Positions 1 through 9,278 of a stretch of DNA of 64,000 nucleotides are shown one piece after another. Where the stretch lies: positions 384,001 through 448,000 of the forward strand of contig OZ219788.1 of the NCBI GenBank assembly GCA_964291285.2, read 5' to 3'. Source of the stretch: Alphaproteobacteria bacterium. Its GTDB lineage: Bacteria > Pseudomonadota > Alphaproteobacteria > Bin95. The first letter of the stretch is position 1, and each line of letters opens with the position of its first letter. Under the pieces are notes generated by a model. The model ran no database searches. It was not told the DNA's origin and saw only the letters and a list, made by a program, of their open reading frames with translations. The position numbers and the translations under genes are program-made.

Positions 1-234
1 AGCCATGTGCCGGTCTGCATGGCGAAGACGCAATACAGCTTTTCTTCCGACCCTGTTCTGCGGGGCGCGCCCGGGGGCTACACCATCCCGGTGCGCGAGG
101 TGCGGCTTGCGGCCGGCGCGGAGTTCGTGGTCGCGGTCTGCGGCGACATCATGACCATGCCCGGCCTGCCGCGCGTGCCGGCGGCCGAAGCCATCGGCCT
201 CGACGAGGGCGGCGAGGTGGTAGGGCTGTTCTGA
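1..234 (+). CDS. fhs: Formate--tetrahydrofolate ligase, C-terminal part (gene starts before the window)
   Basis: [12 protein letters not shown]...G.IMTMPGLP...GLF is the conserved Fhs C-terminus. Confidence 0.93.
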   Translation, partial: SHVPVCMAKTQYSFSSDPVLRGAPGGYTIPVREVRLAAGAEFVVAVCGDIMTMPGLPRVPAAEAIGLDEGGEVVGLF

Positions 235-295
235 CCGGGCACCGGCGCCGCCTGCCTCGGCGGAAGCGGGGTGGCGAAGAGGGCGCGGCGCCGCC

Positions 296-1024
296 CTACA
301 GCGTGATCCCGCCGTCGGCGATGAAGACGGCGCCGGTGGTGTAGGCGCTTTCGTCGGCGGCGAGGTGGACGGCGAGCGCCGCGATCTCCTCCGCCGTGCC
401 GAGGCGCCCGAGCGGCTGGCGGGCGATGAAGTCCTTCCGCGCCTGCACGGGGTCGTCGAAGGCGGCGATGCGCTCGTCCAGCGAGGGCGACTGCACGGTG
501 CCGGGCGCAATCGCATTGCAGCGCACGCCCGTCGAGATCGCGTCCGCCGCGACCGCGCGCGTCATGCCGATCACCGCCGCCTTGGTGGTGGAATAGACCG
601 CGCGGAAGGGGACGCCCTTCAGGTTGGACGCGACCGAGGCCATATTGACGATGGAACCCCGGCCCGCCTCGATCATGCCGGGCAGGAAGGCCCGGATGGT
701 GCGGAACATCGACTTCACATTGAGGTCGAAGGCGGAATCGAGTTCTGCTTCCGTCGCCTCCAGGATCGTGCCGTGATGGACGAACCCCGCGACATTGCAG
801 AGCGCGTCCACCCGGCCGAGCCGTTCGGCGAACGCCGCAATGGCTGCCTCGTCGGTCACGTCCAGACGGTGCGTCCCGATGCCGCCGCCCATGTCCGCCA
901 GCTTTTCCGGCGCGATGTCGGTCGCCGCGACCCGCGCGCCCTCCGCTGCCGCCGCCAGCGCAATGGCGCGGCCGATGCCCTGTCCCGCCGCCGTCACCAG
1001 AACCGTCTTGCCTTCGAGTCGCAT
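296..1024 (-). CDS. Short-chain dehydrogenase/reductase (BDH2 / 2-keto-3-deoxy-L-fuconate dehydrogenase-like)
   Basis: TAAGQGIG Rossmann motif, YSTTK catalytic motif, RQPLGRLG; start placed at MRLEGK (1024). Confidence 0.88.
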   Translation of the reverse strand: MRLEGKTVLVTAAGQGIGRAIALAAAAEGARVAATDIAPEKLADMGGGIGTHRLDVTDEAAIAAFAERLGRVDALCNVAGFVHHGTILEATEAELDSAFDLNVKSMFRTIRAFLPGMIEAGRGSIVNMASVASNLKGVPFRAVYSTTKAAVIGMTRAVAADAISTGVRCNAIAPGTVQSPSLDERIAAFDDPVQARKDFIARQPLGRLGTAEEIAALAVHLAADESAYTTGAVFIADGGITL

Positions 1025-1304
1025 GGAAGCCCCTTCCCCTTCCCGGCCCGCGCCCTTGACCGCCCGCCGGACTCTGTCCACCTGAACAGCCTGAATGTCG
1101 CCGCTCAAGCCGGAGACGTAAAGGAGGCTCGGCGCCGCCATGCCGGACCGGAACCCCGCCGCGCCGCCGCGCTTGGCCGGGGAACCGCGAATGCACTAAC
1201 ATCCCGGCCCGACTGGTCGGCTGGAGCCGGTCGTCGGGGCCTGCTGCAGGCCGCTTGTTTCGCGATGCCGGCGGACCGGAAACCCGGCAGAGGGCAGTGA
1301 CCGC

Positions 1305-1628
1305 ATGACGGATGAGATCAGCATCGCCTTCAGGACGGCCGATGGAGAGACGTTCCATGTGAGCGGCAAGCCGGGCGCAACCGTGATGGAGACCGCCATC
1401 ATGAACGACGTGCCGGGGATCGAGGCCGAATGCGGCGGCGCCTGCGCCTGCGCGACCTGCCATGTGTACGCCCCGGAGAGCGTCGGGCCGGCGGACGATC
1501 CCTACGAGCTGGACATGCTGGACTTCACGGCGGACGAACGGCGCCCGAGCAGCCGGCTTTCCTGCCAGATCGAGCTGGAGCCGTCCATGGAAGGAGCGGT
1601 CTTCGACCTGCCGGGCGTGCAGGTCTGA
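1305..1628 (+). CDS. Putidaredoxin/adrenodoxin-type 2Fe-2S ferredoxin
   Basis: CGGACACATCH and SRLSCQ motifs. Confidence 0.93.
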   Translation: MTDEISIAFRTADGETFHVSGKPGATVMETAIMNDVPGIEAECGGACACATCHVYAPESVGPADDPYELDMLDFTADERRPSSRLSCQIELEPSMEGAVFDLPGVQV

Positions 1629-2890
1629 TGTCCGGCACCGTCATCGTCGGCGCCGGCCATGCCGGGGTGCAGGCGGCCGTCTCGCTGCGCCAGGCGGGCT
1701 ATGAGGAGCCGATCCGCCTGATCGGCGAGGAGGATTGCCCGCCCTATCACCGGCCGCCGCTCTCCAAGGCGATGCTGGCGGGCGAGAAGCAGCCGGAACA
1801 GATTGCGCTTCGGGGTCCGGACTATTTCGACCGGAACGGCATCGAGTTCATGCCCGGCGTCCGCGCCCGCGCGCTCGACCCGGCATCGAAGACGGTGCGG
1901 CTGGCCGACGGGAACCTGGCCTACGACAAGGCCGTGATCGCCACCGGAGCCGGCGCGCGGATGCTCGACGGCTTCGAATACGACAATGCCTTCGTTCTCC
2001 GGAACATGCGGGACGCGCTTTCCCTGCAGGATGCGCTGACCCCCGGAGCGAAGCTTGTCGTTGTCGGTGGCGGCTTCATCGGCCTTGAGGTGGCCGCCAC
2101 GGCGCGCAAGCTGGGGCTCGCGGTCGATGTCGTCGAAATGCAGGACCGGCTGCTGGCGCGCGCGATTCCCGCGGCCCTGTCCGATTACATCTGTCGACGG
2201 CACCGCGCCGAGGGCGTGCGCATTCACCTCGCTGCGCAGATCGACAGGGTCGTCGCGGAGGACGGCCGGATTGCCTCTGTGGCGCTTTCGAACGGCGCCA
2301 GCCTGGCGGCCGACCTGGTCCTGATCGGTGTGGGCAACGCGCCTGAAATCGGCCTGGCGGCGGAAGCCGGGGCCGGCACGGCGATGGGCGGAATCCTGGT
2401 GGACGGGGCCATGCGGACGACGCTTCCGGACGTGTACGCCATAGGAGATTGCACGGCTTTCGACCTTCCGGTCGCGGGCAGCCGCGTCAGGCTCGAATCG
2501 GTGCAGAACGCCGTCGATCAGGGCCGGACGGTCGCCCGGCAGATTACGGGACAGGGCGGATCATACGACTCCGTGCCGTGGTTCTGGAGCGACCAGTTCG
2601 ACATGAAGCTCCAGATGACGGGCCTCTCGCTTCCCGGAAGCGGGTTCACGGTCCGCGGCGATGTCGAAAGCGGCAGCTTCAGCCTGATCGAGACGCTGGG
2701 CAACCGCCTCGTCGCCGTCTATTCCGTCAATGCGGTCGCCGACCACATGGCCTCGCGCCGGATGGTCGGCGAGCCCGGCCGGTTCGACAGGTCTGCGGCA
2801 GCGGATCCGGACACGCCGCTCAAGGCATGTCTGGCGCCGCCGGCGGGTCCGTCGCGCCGGGCAGCCCGAACTGCAGGAGCCGAACCATGA
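1628..2890 (+). CDS. FAD-dependent ferredoxin reductase
   Basis: GAGHAG, PYHRPPLSK, GGGFIGLE, AIGD, PWFWSDQ; ATG overlaps the ferredoxin TGA. Confidence 0.93.
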   Translation: MSGTVIVGAGHAGVQAAVSLRQAGYEEPIRLIGEEDCPPYHRPPLSKAMLAGEKQPEQIALRGPDYFDRNGIEFMPGVRARALDPASKTVRLADGNLAYDKAVIATGAGARMLDGFEYDNAFVLRNMRDALSLQDALTPGAKLVVVGGGFIGLEVAATARKLGLAVDVVEMQDRLLARAIPAALSDYICRRHRAEGVRIHLAAQIDRVVAEDGRIASVALSNGASLAADLVLIGVGNAPEIGLAAEAGAGTAMGGILVDGAMRTTLPDVYAIGDCTAFDLPVAGSRVRLESVQNAVDQGRTVARQITGQGGSYDSVPWFWSDQFDMKLQMTGLSLPGSGFTVRGDVESGSFSLIETLGNRLVAVYSVNAVADHMASRRMVGEPGRFDRSAAADPDTPLKACLAPPAGPSRRAARTAGAEP

Positions 2891-4203
2891 TCAGCCGGGA
2901 ACTGAACGATCGGCTCACCCGCACAGGCAAGGGCCGGCCCGCGGGCGAGGTGCTGCGCCGCTACTGGCAGCCGGCGGCTCTGGCGGAGGAACTGGACGGC
3001 GGGCGCCCGGTGGTGCCGGTGACGCTTCTGGGCGAGCGGCTGGTGCTGTTTCGCGACGACGAGGGCGAACTCGGCCTGATCGGCCGGCACTGCCGGCACC
3101 GGGGCGCGGACCTTTGCTTCGGCCGCCGGGAAGACAACGGCCTGCGCTGCCCGTTCCACGGCTGGCTGTACGGCCGCGACGGCCGGTGCCTGGAGCAACC
3201 GGGAGAGCCCGAGGGCTCGCGGATGCGCGAACGGATCCGGGCGACCTCCTATCCGGTGGTCGAAAAGAACGGCGTCGTCTTCGCCTATCTGGGTCCGGGG
3301 GAGCCGCCGGCCTTTCCCAACTTCGACTGTTTCCGGGCGCCGGCCTCCCATGTCTTCGCGTTCAAGGGCCTGTGGGAGTGCAACTGGCTGCAGGCGCTGG
3401 AAATCGGCATCGACCCCGCGCACGCCTCCTTCCTGCACCGCTTCCTGGAAGACGAGGACCCGGAGGACGGCTATGGCAGGCAGTTCCGGGACAGCGCCGC
3501 GGCCGGCTCCAACATCCCCATGACCCGGCTGCTGCGGGACTATCCGCGCCCCGAGATCAGGGTGGAGGAAACGGATTTCGGCCTCAGGCTGACCACGCTC
3601 AGGCATATGGAAAACGGCCTGACCCATGTGCGCGTCACCAACCAGATCTTTCCCGGGGCGGTCTGCATCCCGATGAGCCGCGAAATGACGATCACCCAGT
3701 GGCATGTGCCGTTCGATGACGAGACCTGCTACTGGTATTCGATGTTCACCAGCTTCGACCGGCCGGTGGACAAGGACATGATGCGCGCGCAAAGGCTGAA
3801 GGAGCACAGCCTGCCCGGCTACGCGCCGCTGAAGAACCGGCGCAACAATTACGGATACGATCCGGAGGAACAGGCCAACCGGACCTGGACCGGCATGGGC
3901 TTCGACATCAATGTGCATGACCAGTGGGCCGTCGAGGGCATGGGCCCGATTCAGGACCGCACCGAAGAGCATCTGGGCGGCACCGATATAGGCATCATCC
4001 GCTACCGCAGGCTGCTGCAGGCGGCGATGGAGGGCCTGGCCGCGGGCGACGCCGCCGCCCTGCCGATGCTGAACCGCGACGCGGCCCGGATCGCCGGGCC
4101 CTTGTCCAACGACGCCATCGCGGACACGGCGGACTGGGAGACCGCCAGCATGCGCGCCGACGGGGAGCGCCGCGCCGCGTGCCCCTGGGATGCGTCTCTC
4201 TAG
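2887..4203 (+). CDS. Rieske non-heme iron oxygenase alpha subunit (phthalate 4,5-dioxygenase-like)
   Basis: Rieske CRH...CPFHGW, mononuclear iron site E..IDPAH...LH; ATGA overlap with the reductase. Confidence 0.9.
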   Translation: MISRELNDRLTRTGKGRPAGEVLRRYWQPAALAEELDGGRPVVPVTLLGERLVLFRDDEGELGLIGRHCRHRGADLCFGRREDNGLRCPFHGWLYGRDGRCLEQPGEPEGSRMRERIRATSYPVVEKNGVVFAYLGPGEPPAFPNFDCFRAPASHVFAFKGLWECNWLQALEIGIDPAHASFLHRFLEDEDPEDGYGRQFRDSAAAGSNIPMTRLLRDYPRPEIRVEETDFGLRLTTLRHMENGLTHVRVTNQIFPGAVCIPMSREMTITQWHVPFDDETCYWYSMFTSFDRPVDKDMMRAQRLKEHSLPGYAPLKNRRNNYGYDPEEQANRTWTGMGFDINVHDQWAVEGMGPIQDRTEEHLGGTDIGIIRYRRLLQAAMEGLAAGDAAALPMLNRDAARIAGPLSNDAIADTADWETASMRADGERRAACPWDASL

Positions 4204-4209
4204 GCGGGC

Positions 4210-5661
4210 ATGAGCCCCGTTGAAGACAGGATAAGGGCGGGCGCGCTCGCAGGCTTCGGGGCGTATTCCGGGGAGGATATCGCCCGTGCGGCAGAGATCG
4301 TTGCCCTGGTCGAAGCGGAGGGGATCGAGACCGTTCGCACGGTCCTGGCCGATCCGCACGGCATATTGCGCGGCAAGACGATTACCGCCGAGGCGCTGAC
4401 GGACGCGTTTGCCTCCGGCGTTCGCGCCCCGAGCACCCTGCTGCTCAAGGATGTCTCGCACCGGACCGTGTTTTCCGTCTGGTCGGATGCCGGCGACGCG
4501 CCGATGCCTGGAGCAAGCGACCTGCTGCTTGTGCCCTTGCCGGATACATTCCGCCGGCTGCCCTGGTCGCCGCATTCCGCGCTGATCCATTGCGATGTGG
4601 CCAGGACTGCGGGGCAGCCCGTGTCCTTTGCCTCCCGCCGGGTCCTGCGCGCCGCTTGCGACCGGCTGTCCGAACGGGGCATGCGGGCGGTTATGGGCCT
4701 GGAAGTGGAGTTCCAGGTCTTCGAAGTCACGGATCCCGCGCTTGAGCACGCCGACACCACCATGCCGGCCCGCCCGCCCGTGACGCGCGCGCTGAACCAG
4801 GGCTACCAGTATCTGACGGAGACCCGCTACGGCGAGAACGAAGCGCTTCTCGACAAACTCCGCCGCAACGCGCAGGCCATGAGCATGCCGGTGCGCAGCG
4901 TCGAGATCGAAATGGGGCCGGGCCAGTTCGAGTTCACCTTCGCTGCTGGCGATCCGATGACGATTGCCGACATGGCCGTCAATTTCCGCACGATGGTCAA
5001 GGAGGTCTGCCGCCGGGAGGGGCTGCTGGCCTCGTTCATGGCGCGGCCGAGGCTGCCCAACGCGGCGAGCAACGGCTGGCATATCCACCAGTCGCTCGCG
5101 GATGCGAACGGCCGGAACCTCTTCACGCCCGGAGCGGACGGCGCGCTGACGCCCGCGGCAGGCGGCTGGATCGCGGGGCTGCTGCGCCATGCCGCGGCCT
5201 CGTGCATCGCGACGACGCCGACGGTGAACGGCTACAAGCGCTACACGGCCTATCTGCTGGCGCCCGACCGCATCGGCTGGGCGGAGGACAATCGCGGCGC
5301 CATGCTGCGCACGCTCCTGGCTCCCGGCGGTCCGGCAAGCCGGGTGGAGAACCGCGCGCCGGACAGCACCGCCAACCCGTATTTCGCGCTCGCTTTCCAG
5401 ATCCTCTCCGGACTGGACGGGCTGGAGAGGCGCCTCGCCGCGCCGCCGCCGCTTTCCAGGCCCTATGACGACGAGGACGCCGAGCGCCTGCCCGCGAGCC
5501 TGCTGGCCGCCATCGAGCATTTCGAGGCGTCGGAGATGTATCGCGCCGCGCTCGGGGACGGCTTCGTGTCCTATCTGGCGCGGCTCAAGCGCGCCGAATG
5601 GGACCGTTACCTGATGACCGTCTCGGAATGGGAGCAGGCGGAGTATTTCACCGCCTTCTGA
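4210..5661 (+). CDS. Glutamine synthetase-like gamma-glutamyl ligase
   Basis: D.HGILRGK, GLEVEF, EMGPGQFE, NGWHIHQS, DNRGA, RVENR motifs; catabolic operon context rather than glnA context. Confidence 0.88.
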   Translation: MSPVEDRIRAGALAGFGAYSGEDIARAAEIVALVEAEGIETVRTVLADPHGILRGKTITAEALTDAFASGVRAPSTLLLKDVSHRTVFSVWSDAGDAPMPGASDLLLVPLPDTFRRLPWSPHSALIHCDVARTAGQPVSFASRRVLRAACDRLSERGMRAVMGLEVEFQVFEVTDPALEHADTTMPARPPVTRALNQGYQYLTETRYGENEALLDKLRRNAQAMSMPVRSVEIEMGPGQFEFTFAAGDPMTIADMAVNFRTMVKEVCRREGLLASFMARPRLPNAASNGWHIHQSLADANGRNLFTPGADGALTPAAGGWIAGLLRHAAASCIATTPTVNGYKRYTAYLLAPDRIGWAEDNRGAMLRTLLAPGGPASRVENRAPDSTANPYFALAFQILSGLDGLERRLAAPPPLSRPYDDEDAERLPASLLAAIEHFEASEMYRAALGDGFVSYLARLKRAEWDRYLMTVSEWEQAEYFTAF

Positions 5662-5676
5662 GCTCGACTTTGTGCA

Positions 5677-7083
5677 TTATGCTGCGAAGCAGAGGGCGTA
5701 CTGCATCCGCCTTATCTTGTCGGGCGGAATTATGTTTGGTTCCCGGTGTGGCGGGGAGCGCGATAAATTGTTTCCAAGCCAGAGTTGGCATCGTATGGCC
5801 GCGATTGCATCGGAGAATGTGACGCTGGTTTTCTGGTACCAGGCGGCGGCGTAGGACAGGTGGTTTGTCGAGAGCACGTCTGTGGCCCAGAGGCAGACGA
5901 GGCTGTAGAGCCCGCAGAGGACGGGGGTGGTTCGTGCGATCGCCGCGTGTGACCACTGGCGTTGTGTTTCGAGCCCGAGATGGGCGCGCAGTTCCTGGAA
6001 GGTGACCTCGACCTGCCAGCGCCGCACGAAGGTGGCGATGATCTTGGCCGGCTCCATGTTGGTGTCGGTGCAGAAGAACGCCTGCGGGTCCCGCTCGCCT
6101 TCCGGGTCTCGCACCAGCACCCATCGGATGGCCTTGGGAGGTGTGCCGGGACGATACCAGAGCGCGGTATCGGAGATGATCTGGAGTGTCTTTTCCTTCG
6201 AACTTCCGTACCAGCGCGGAAGCGTGATGCTTGTCCAGCGGGCATCGGGGTCGTCAAGGCGGGTCTGGAGCTTGGGCAGGGGCGGCCCCTTTTGCCGGGG
6301 TCGACCGCGTTTGTTCGGGTCGCGCGGCGGCGGGGGCGCGAAGAGGTTGGCATCGAGCCTCAGCCTGCTGATGAGGGTTGCGCGCTGTCCGATGCGCCAG
6401 GCGAGTTCGTGGGTTCCGAAACTGCTGTCGGCGACGAAGACGATCGCGCGTTGCGGGACCCAGCGAAGGATTTGAAGCATGCCCTGTCGCGCCCAGTCGG
6501 TGAGTTGCTTGTGACGCCGGCCTTGCCTGGCGGCGAAGCGTTCGGACGGGGCCAGGATGGTCAGGAAGGGCAGGGCCCTGATGCCCGGCGACCAGGGCAG
6601 CGGGACAAGCAGCATGAAGCTGAGCCAGCGCAGCCCGCTGGTCTTGACGAAATGGCCATGGCTGGAACGCACCGGGTCGCGATAGATGCCGCGCGCCTTG
6701 ATACGCGCGCCCCAGCGGCGCTCGATGGTGTCATCGAGCCCGATGATGATCGGTCCCTGCCCGGCAAGCCGCGCCACCAGCACGAGCACGAGCCGGCGTG
6801 AAAGGTCACGCGGGTCCCAGCGGGCGCGATTGAGAACCTGATGGTAGGACGAGAATGTCTCGCACATCGCCCGCCCGGTCACCCGCAGGCAGGCCGACAC
6901 GGTTCTCTTGCCCGGCGCCAGCAACGCTCCCATGACCAGAACCGCCACCAGCCGCCAGGTCGGGGATGAGAAGGCGCCTCGAAAGGGCTCCAGCCAGTCG
7001 ATCAGGAACGGCGGAACCGGATCGCCGATGGCGCTCGAAGGGTCGTCGAAATGTGTCATGACGACCTTCGAATCCAGAAGCAT
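5677..7083 (-). CDS. IS701-family DDE transposase
   Basis: LDDTIERRWG..I...GIYRDPVRSS, VADSSF, RWQVEVTFQE motifs. Confidence 0.88.
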   Translation of the reverse strand: MLLDSKVVMTHFDDPSSAIGDPVPPFLIDWLEPFRGAFSSPTWRLVAVLVMGALLAPGKRTVSACLRVTGRAMCETFSSYHQVLNRARWDPRDLSRRLVLVLVARLAGQGPIIIGLDDTIERRWGARIKARGIYRDPVRSSHGHFVKTSGLRWLSFMLLVPLPWSPGIRALPFLTILAPSERFAARQGRRHKQLTDWARQGMLQILRWVPQRAIVFVADSSFGTHELAWRIGQRATLISRLRLDANLFAPPPPRDPNKRGRPRQKGPPLPKLQTRLDDPDARWTSITLPRWYGSSKEKTLQIISDTALWYRPGTPPKAIRWVLVRDPEGERDPQAFFCTDTNMEPAKIIATFVRRWQVEVTFQELRAHLGLETQRQWSHAAIARTTPVLCGLYSLVCLWATDVLSTNHLSYAAAWYQKTSVTFSDAIAAIRCQLWLGNNLSRSPPHREPNIIPPDKIRRMQYALCFAA

Positions 7084-7168
7084 CCGGCATGCAAGGGCGC
7101 CCGCATGCGACCGGGTGAATCAGCATCGCTGCAGCGACAGAAGCCATCCAATCCGATATCACTGCTTC

Positions 7169-7456
7169 ATGGCCGCATCCGACCCCTGTCTGGCGCGCAT
7201 CGAAGCGTTCAACAAATCCAGGGGCGGGGGCGTGACGGTCACCAGGGTGCGCGGCGGCTACAATCTGTATCTCACGGCCACGCAGGCACCGATCGCAAGG
7301 CTCCAGCCGAAAGGCTCAGGTGACAAGATGAGGGTGCGCTACTGGTCCTGGCGCCAGTCCTGGCAGGACGTCGGAGACATGGGGGGCATCGTGCTCCCGC
7401 TCGAACAGGCCCTCGACGAAATCGCCAAAAACGAGATCTTCTGGACATGGACGTGA
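7169..7456 (+). CDS. 95-aa hypothetical passenger ORF inside the IS701 element
   Basis: Divergent ORF MAASDPCL...EIFWTWT ending just inside the right IR; also present in copy 2. Confidence 0.6.
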   Translation: MAASDPCLARIEAFNKSRGGGVTVTRVRGGYNLYLTATQAPIARLQPKGSGDKMRVRYWSWRQSWQDVGDMGGIVLPLEQALDEIAKNEIFWTWT

Positions 7457-7503
7457 GGTAATTTTGTACAAAGTCGAGCTGAGCCGTCCCGGCCGTCCTT
7501 GTC

Positions 7504-8367
7504 CTATTCGGCTGCGGCCCCGCTCCGCCCCATGATGACCTCCGTCTGGTCGTCCGGCACATAGAAATAGGAGCCGGGGCGGAAATCGTAGCCGAGGTCG
7601 CCCATCAGGCGGCGCTGGCGCGGCGTCGCCCGCTGGGTCAGCGCGTGCGAGCCGTTATAGTCATAGGCGCGCAAGAACATCTGCGAATAGTTGTAGAGCA
7701 GCGTCTTGCGCGCGCGGCCGGACTTGTTGGGCGCCGGCCCGTGCCAAAGGGCGTGGGAGAAGATGAAGCAGTCGCCCGCCTTGCCCTCCAGATGCACCGC
7801 GCCCGGCGATTGCGGGGACAATGGCGGCTGGCGGTCCCAGGGGAAGGGGCGCATGTGGCTGCCGGGATACACGGTGAAATTGCCGGCATCGCGGCCTTCC
7901 ACGTCGGTCAGCAGGTAGAGCGCCTTGACCGCGATGGGCCGGCTGGTCTCCGTCACCCGCACCTCGCGCTGCCCTTCGCCGCCGTCGGTGTGGGTGAAGC
8001 CCTCGAACCCGTCGCCGGAAGCGCGCACGATCGCCTGCGACATGCTGAAGGCGAGGTTCGGCCCCATGATGTCCACGATCAGGTCGAACACCGGCGCATG
8101 GTCGATGAGGTCGATGAAGGCCTGGTCGTAGGAGAGCAGGTCGCGCCGGTCCATGAAGGCTTCCGGGTTCTGGTCGGCGCATTGCTCGACCCATCCGTAA
8201 TGGCCGCGCGGCAGCATGCCCGACAGGGGCTCGTAGCCGGGGCGCTTGCGGATTTCGTCGATCCTGTCCGAGAAGAGAGCCACCTGGTCGGGCGGCAGTG
8301 CACCCTCGACCAGCAGATAGCCGTCGATATTCCAGTTGCGGCGTTGTTCGGGGGTCAGCGTCTGCAT
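7504..8367 (-). CDS. Phytanoyl-CoA dioxygenase (PhyH) family Fe(II)/2OG dioxygenase
   Basis: LT.EQ...W..DGYL N-terminus, HTD iron motif, LWHG, R.TL. Confidence 0.85.
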   Translation of the reverse strand: MQTLTPEQRRNWNIDGYLLVEGALPPDQVALFSDRIDEIRKRPGYEPLSGMLPRGHYGWVEQCADQNPEAFMDRRDLLSYDQAFIDLIDHAPVFDLIVDIMGPNLAFSMSQAIVRASGDGFEGFTHTDGGEGQREVRVTETSRPIAVKALYLLTDVEGRDAGNFTVYPGSHMRPFPWDRQPPLSPQSPGAVHLEGKAGDCFIFSHALWHGPAPNKSGRARKTLLYNYSQMFLRAYDYNGSHALTQRATPRQRRLMGDLGYDFRPGSYFYVPDDQTEVIMGRSGAAAE

Positions 8368-8440
8368 TTCAATTGGCTCCGTCGCGGCCGGACTTCCCGG
8401 ATTATTCGCTGCCGCGCGCTCCGTTTCAACCGTCTTCCGC

Positions 8441-9022
8441 TTACGGCGGGAGCAGGGCGGCCAGGCAGGCCTCGGCGACCCAGCGCGGCGGCGGCCCGTC
8501 CGGAAAGACGGCGACTTCGCGGCACGGATTCGCAATGTCGTCGTTACTGTAGAAGCGGGTCTCGTCCGCCAATGCCATGGCGTCGGGCAGGTTCGCCAGC
8601 GAGCGCGCGAAACGCCGGCGCACATCCGCCTCCGGCACGTCATGGCCGCCAGCCCGGACGCGGCAACGAATGCGGCGCAGACTGGCTTCGGCGGATTGAA
8701 GGCGGACATAGTGCAACTCGACGCGGTAGCCCGCTTCCCGGGCGCTTCGCATCAGCCGCAGCGTATCCCTGCCGGAGAGGGTGGTTTCCTGCACGAGAGT
8801 TTCGCCGGCGGCGATGGCTGCGCGGCGTTTCTGCGCTGTCAGCCGTCCCGCCGCCACTGCGGCCGAAGCGGGATCGTCCGGCGAGAGTTCACGGGCAACT
8901 GCGTCCGGGTCCAGAATCCGCGCATGCCGGAAGCGGGCGGATTTCGTCAGCGTGGATTTGCCGGAGCCGTTGGGACCGGCGACGACGAACAGGGTCGGCA
9001 GGGTTCCGGTCTCCGGCTTCAG
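8441..9022 (-). CDS. Zeta-toxin-like / AAA P-loop ATPase
   Basis: In-frame upstream extension of the tracked ORF gives PTLFVVAGPNGSGKST, plus ETTLSG and RVRAGGHDVP..V.RR; start uncertain (CTG at 9022). Confidence 0.78.
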   Translation of the reverse strand: MKPETGTLPTLFVVAGPNGSGKSTLTKSARFRHARILDPDAVARELSPDDPASAAVAAGRLTAQKRRAAIAAGETLVQETTLSGRDTLRLMRSAREAGYRVELHYVRLQSAEASLRRIRCRVRAGGHDVPEADVRRRFARSLANLPDAMALADETRFYSNDDIANPCREVAVFPDGPPPRWVAEACLAALLPP

Positions 9023-9213
9023 TCGTCTTCGGGCGGCGGGATCGGCTCGCCCCTACGGGCCAACACCACGTCGCCGCTTTTGCTGCGGGCGACGAAGCAG
9101 CCGTCCTCGCGGCGCCCGTAGAGCGTCGCTCCCGCCTCGATCTGCGCGGTAAGGTCCGCCTTGATTCGCTCGCGCCAGGCGTCGGTGTGGTCGAGCGACT
9201 CGGACAACGCCAT
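9019..9213 (-). CDS. 64-aa hypothetical protein, probable partner or antitoxin of the ATPase
   Basis: RBS-like AAGGGA upstream; stop overlaps the ATPase start. Confidence 0.55.
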   Translation of the reverse strand: MALSESLDHTDAWRERIKADLTAQIEAGATLYGRREDGCFVARSKSGDVVLARRGEPIPPPEDD

Positions 9214-9278
9214 GTCGATCCGTCCCTTGCTGCTGTCAGCGGGCCACTATAGCGCGGCCGGCGCAGGATACGCCACCG

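Larger units (their letters stand above)
5663..7478. mobile_element. IS701-family insertion sequence, complete (copy 1)
   Basis: Terminal IRs CTCGACTTTGT(G/A)CA; 5-bp target duplication CTGAG at 5658-5662 and 7479-7483; second partial copy at 39393-40675. Confidence 0.88.

Noticed and set aside
2719-5520. Long antisense ORFs (933 aa here; also 9820-12213, 29290-32196 and others)
   Set aside because: Shadow ORFs of high-GC genes with well-supported products on the opposite strand.
4210-5661. Call as housekeeping glnA
   Set aside because: Sequence style and catabolic operon context fit GS-like gamma-glutamyl ligases; no gln or ntr neighbours.
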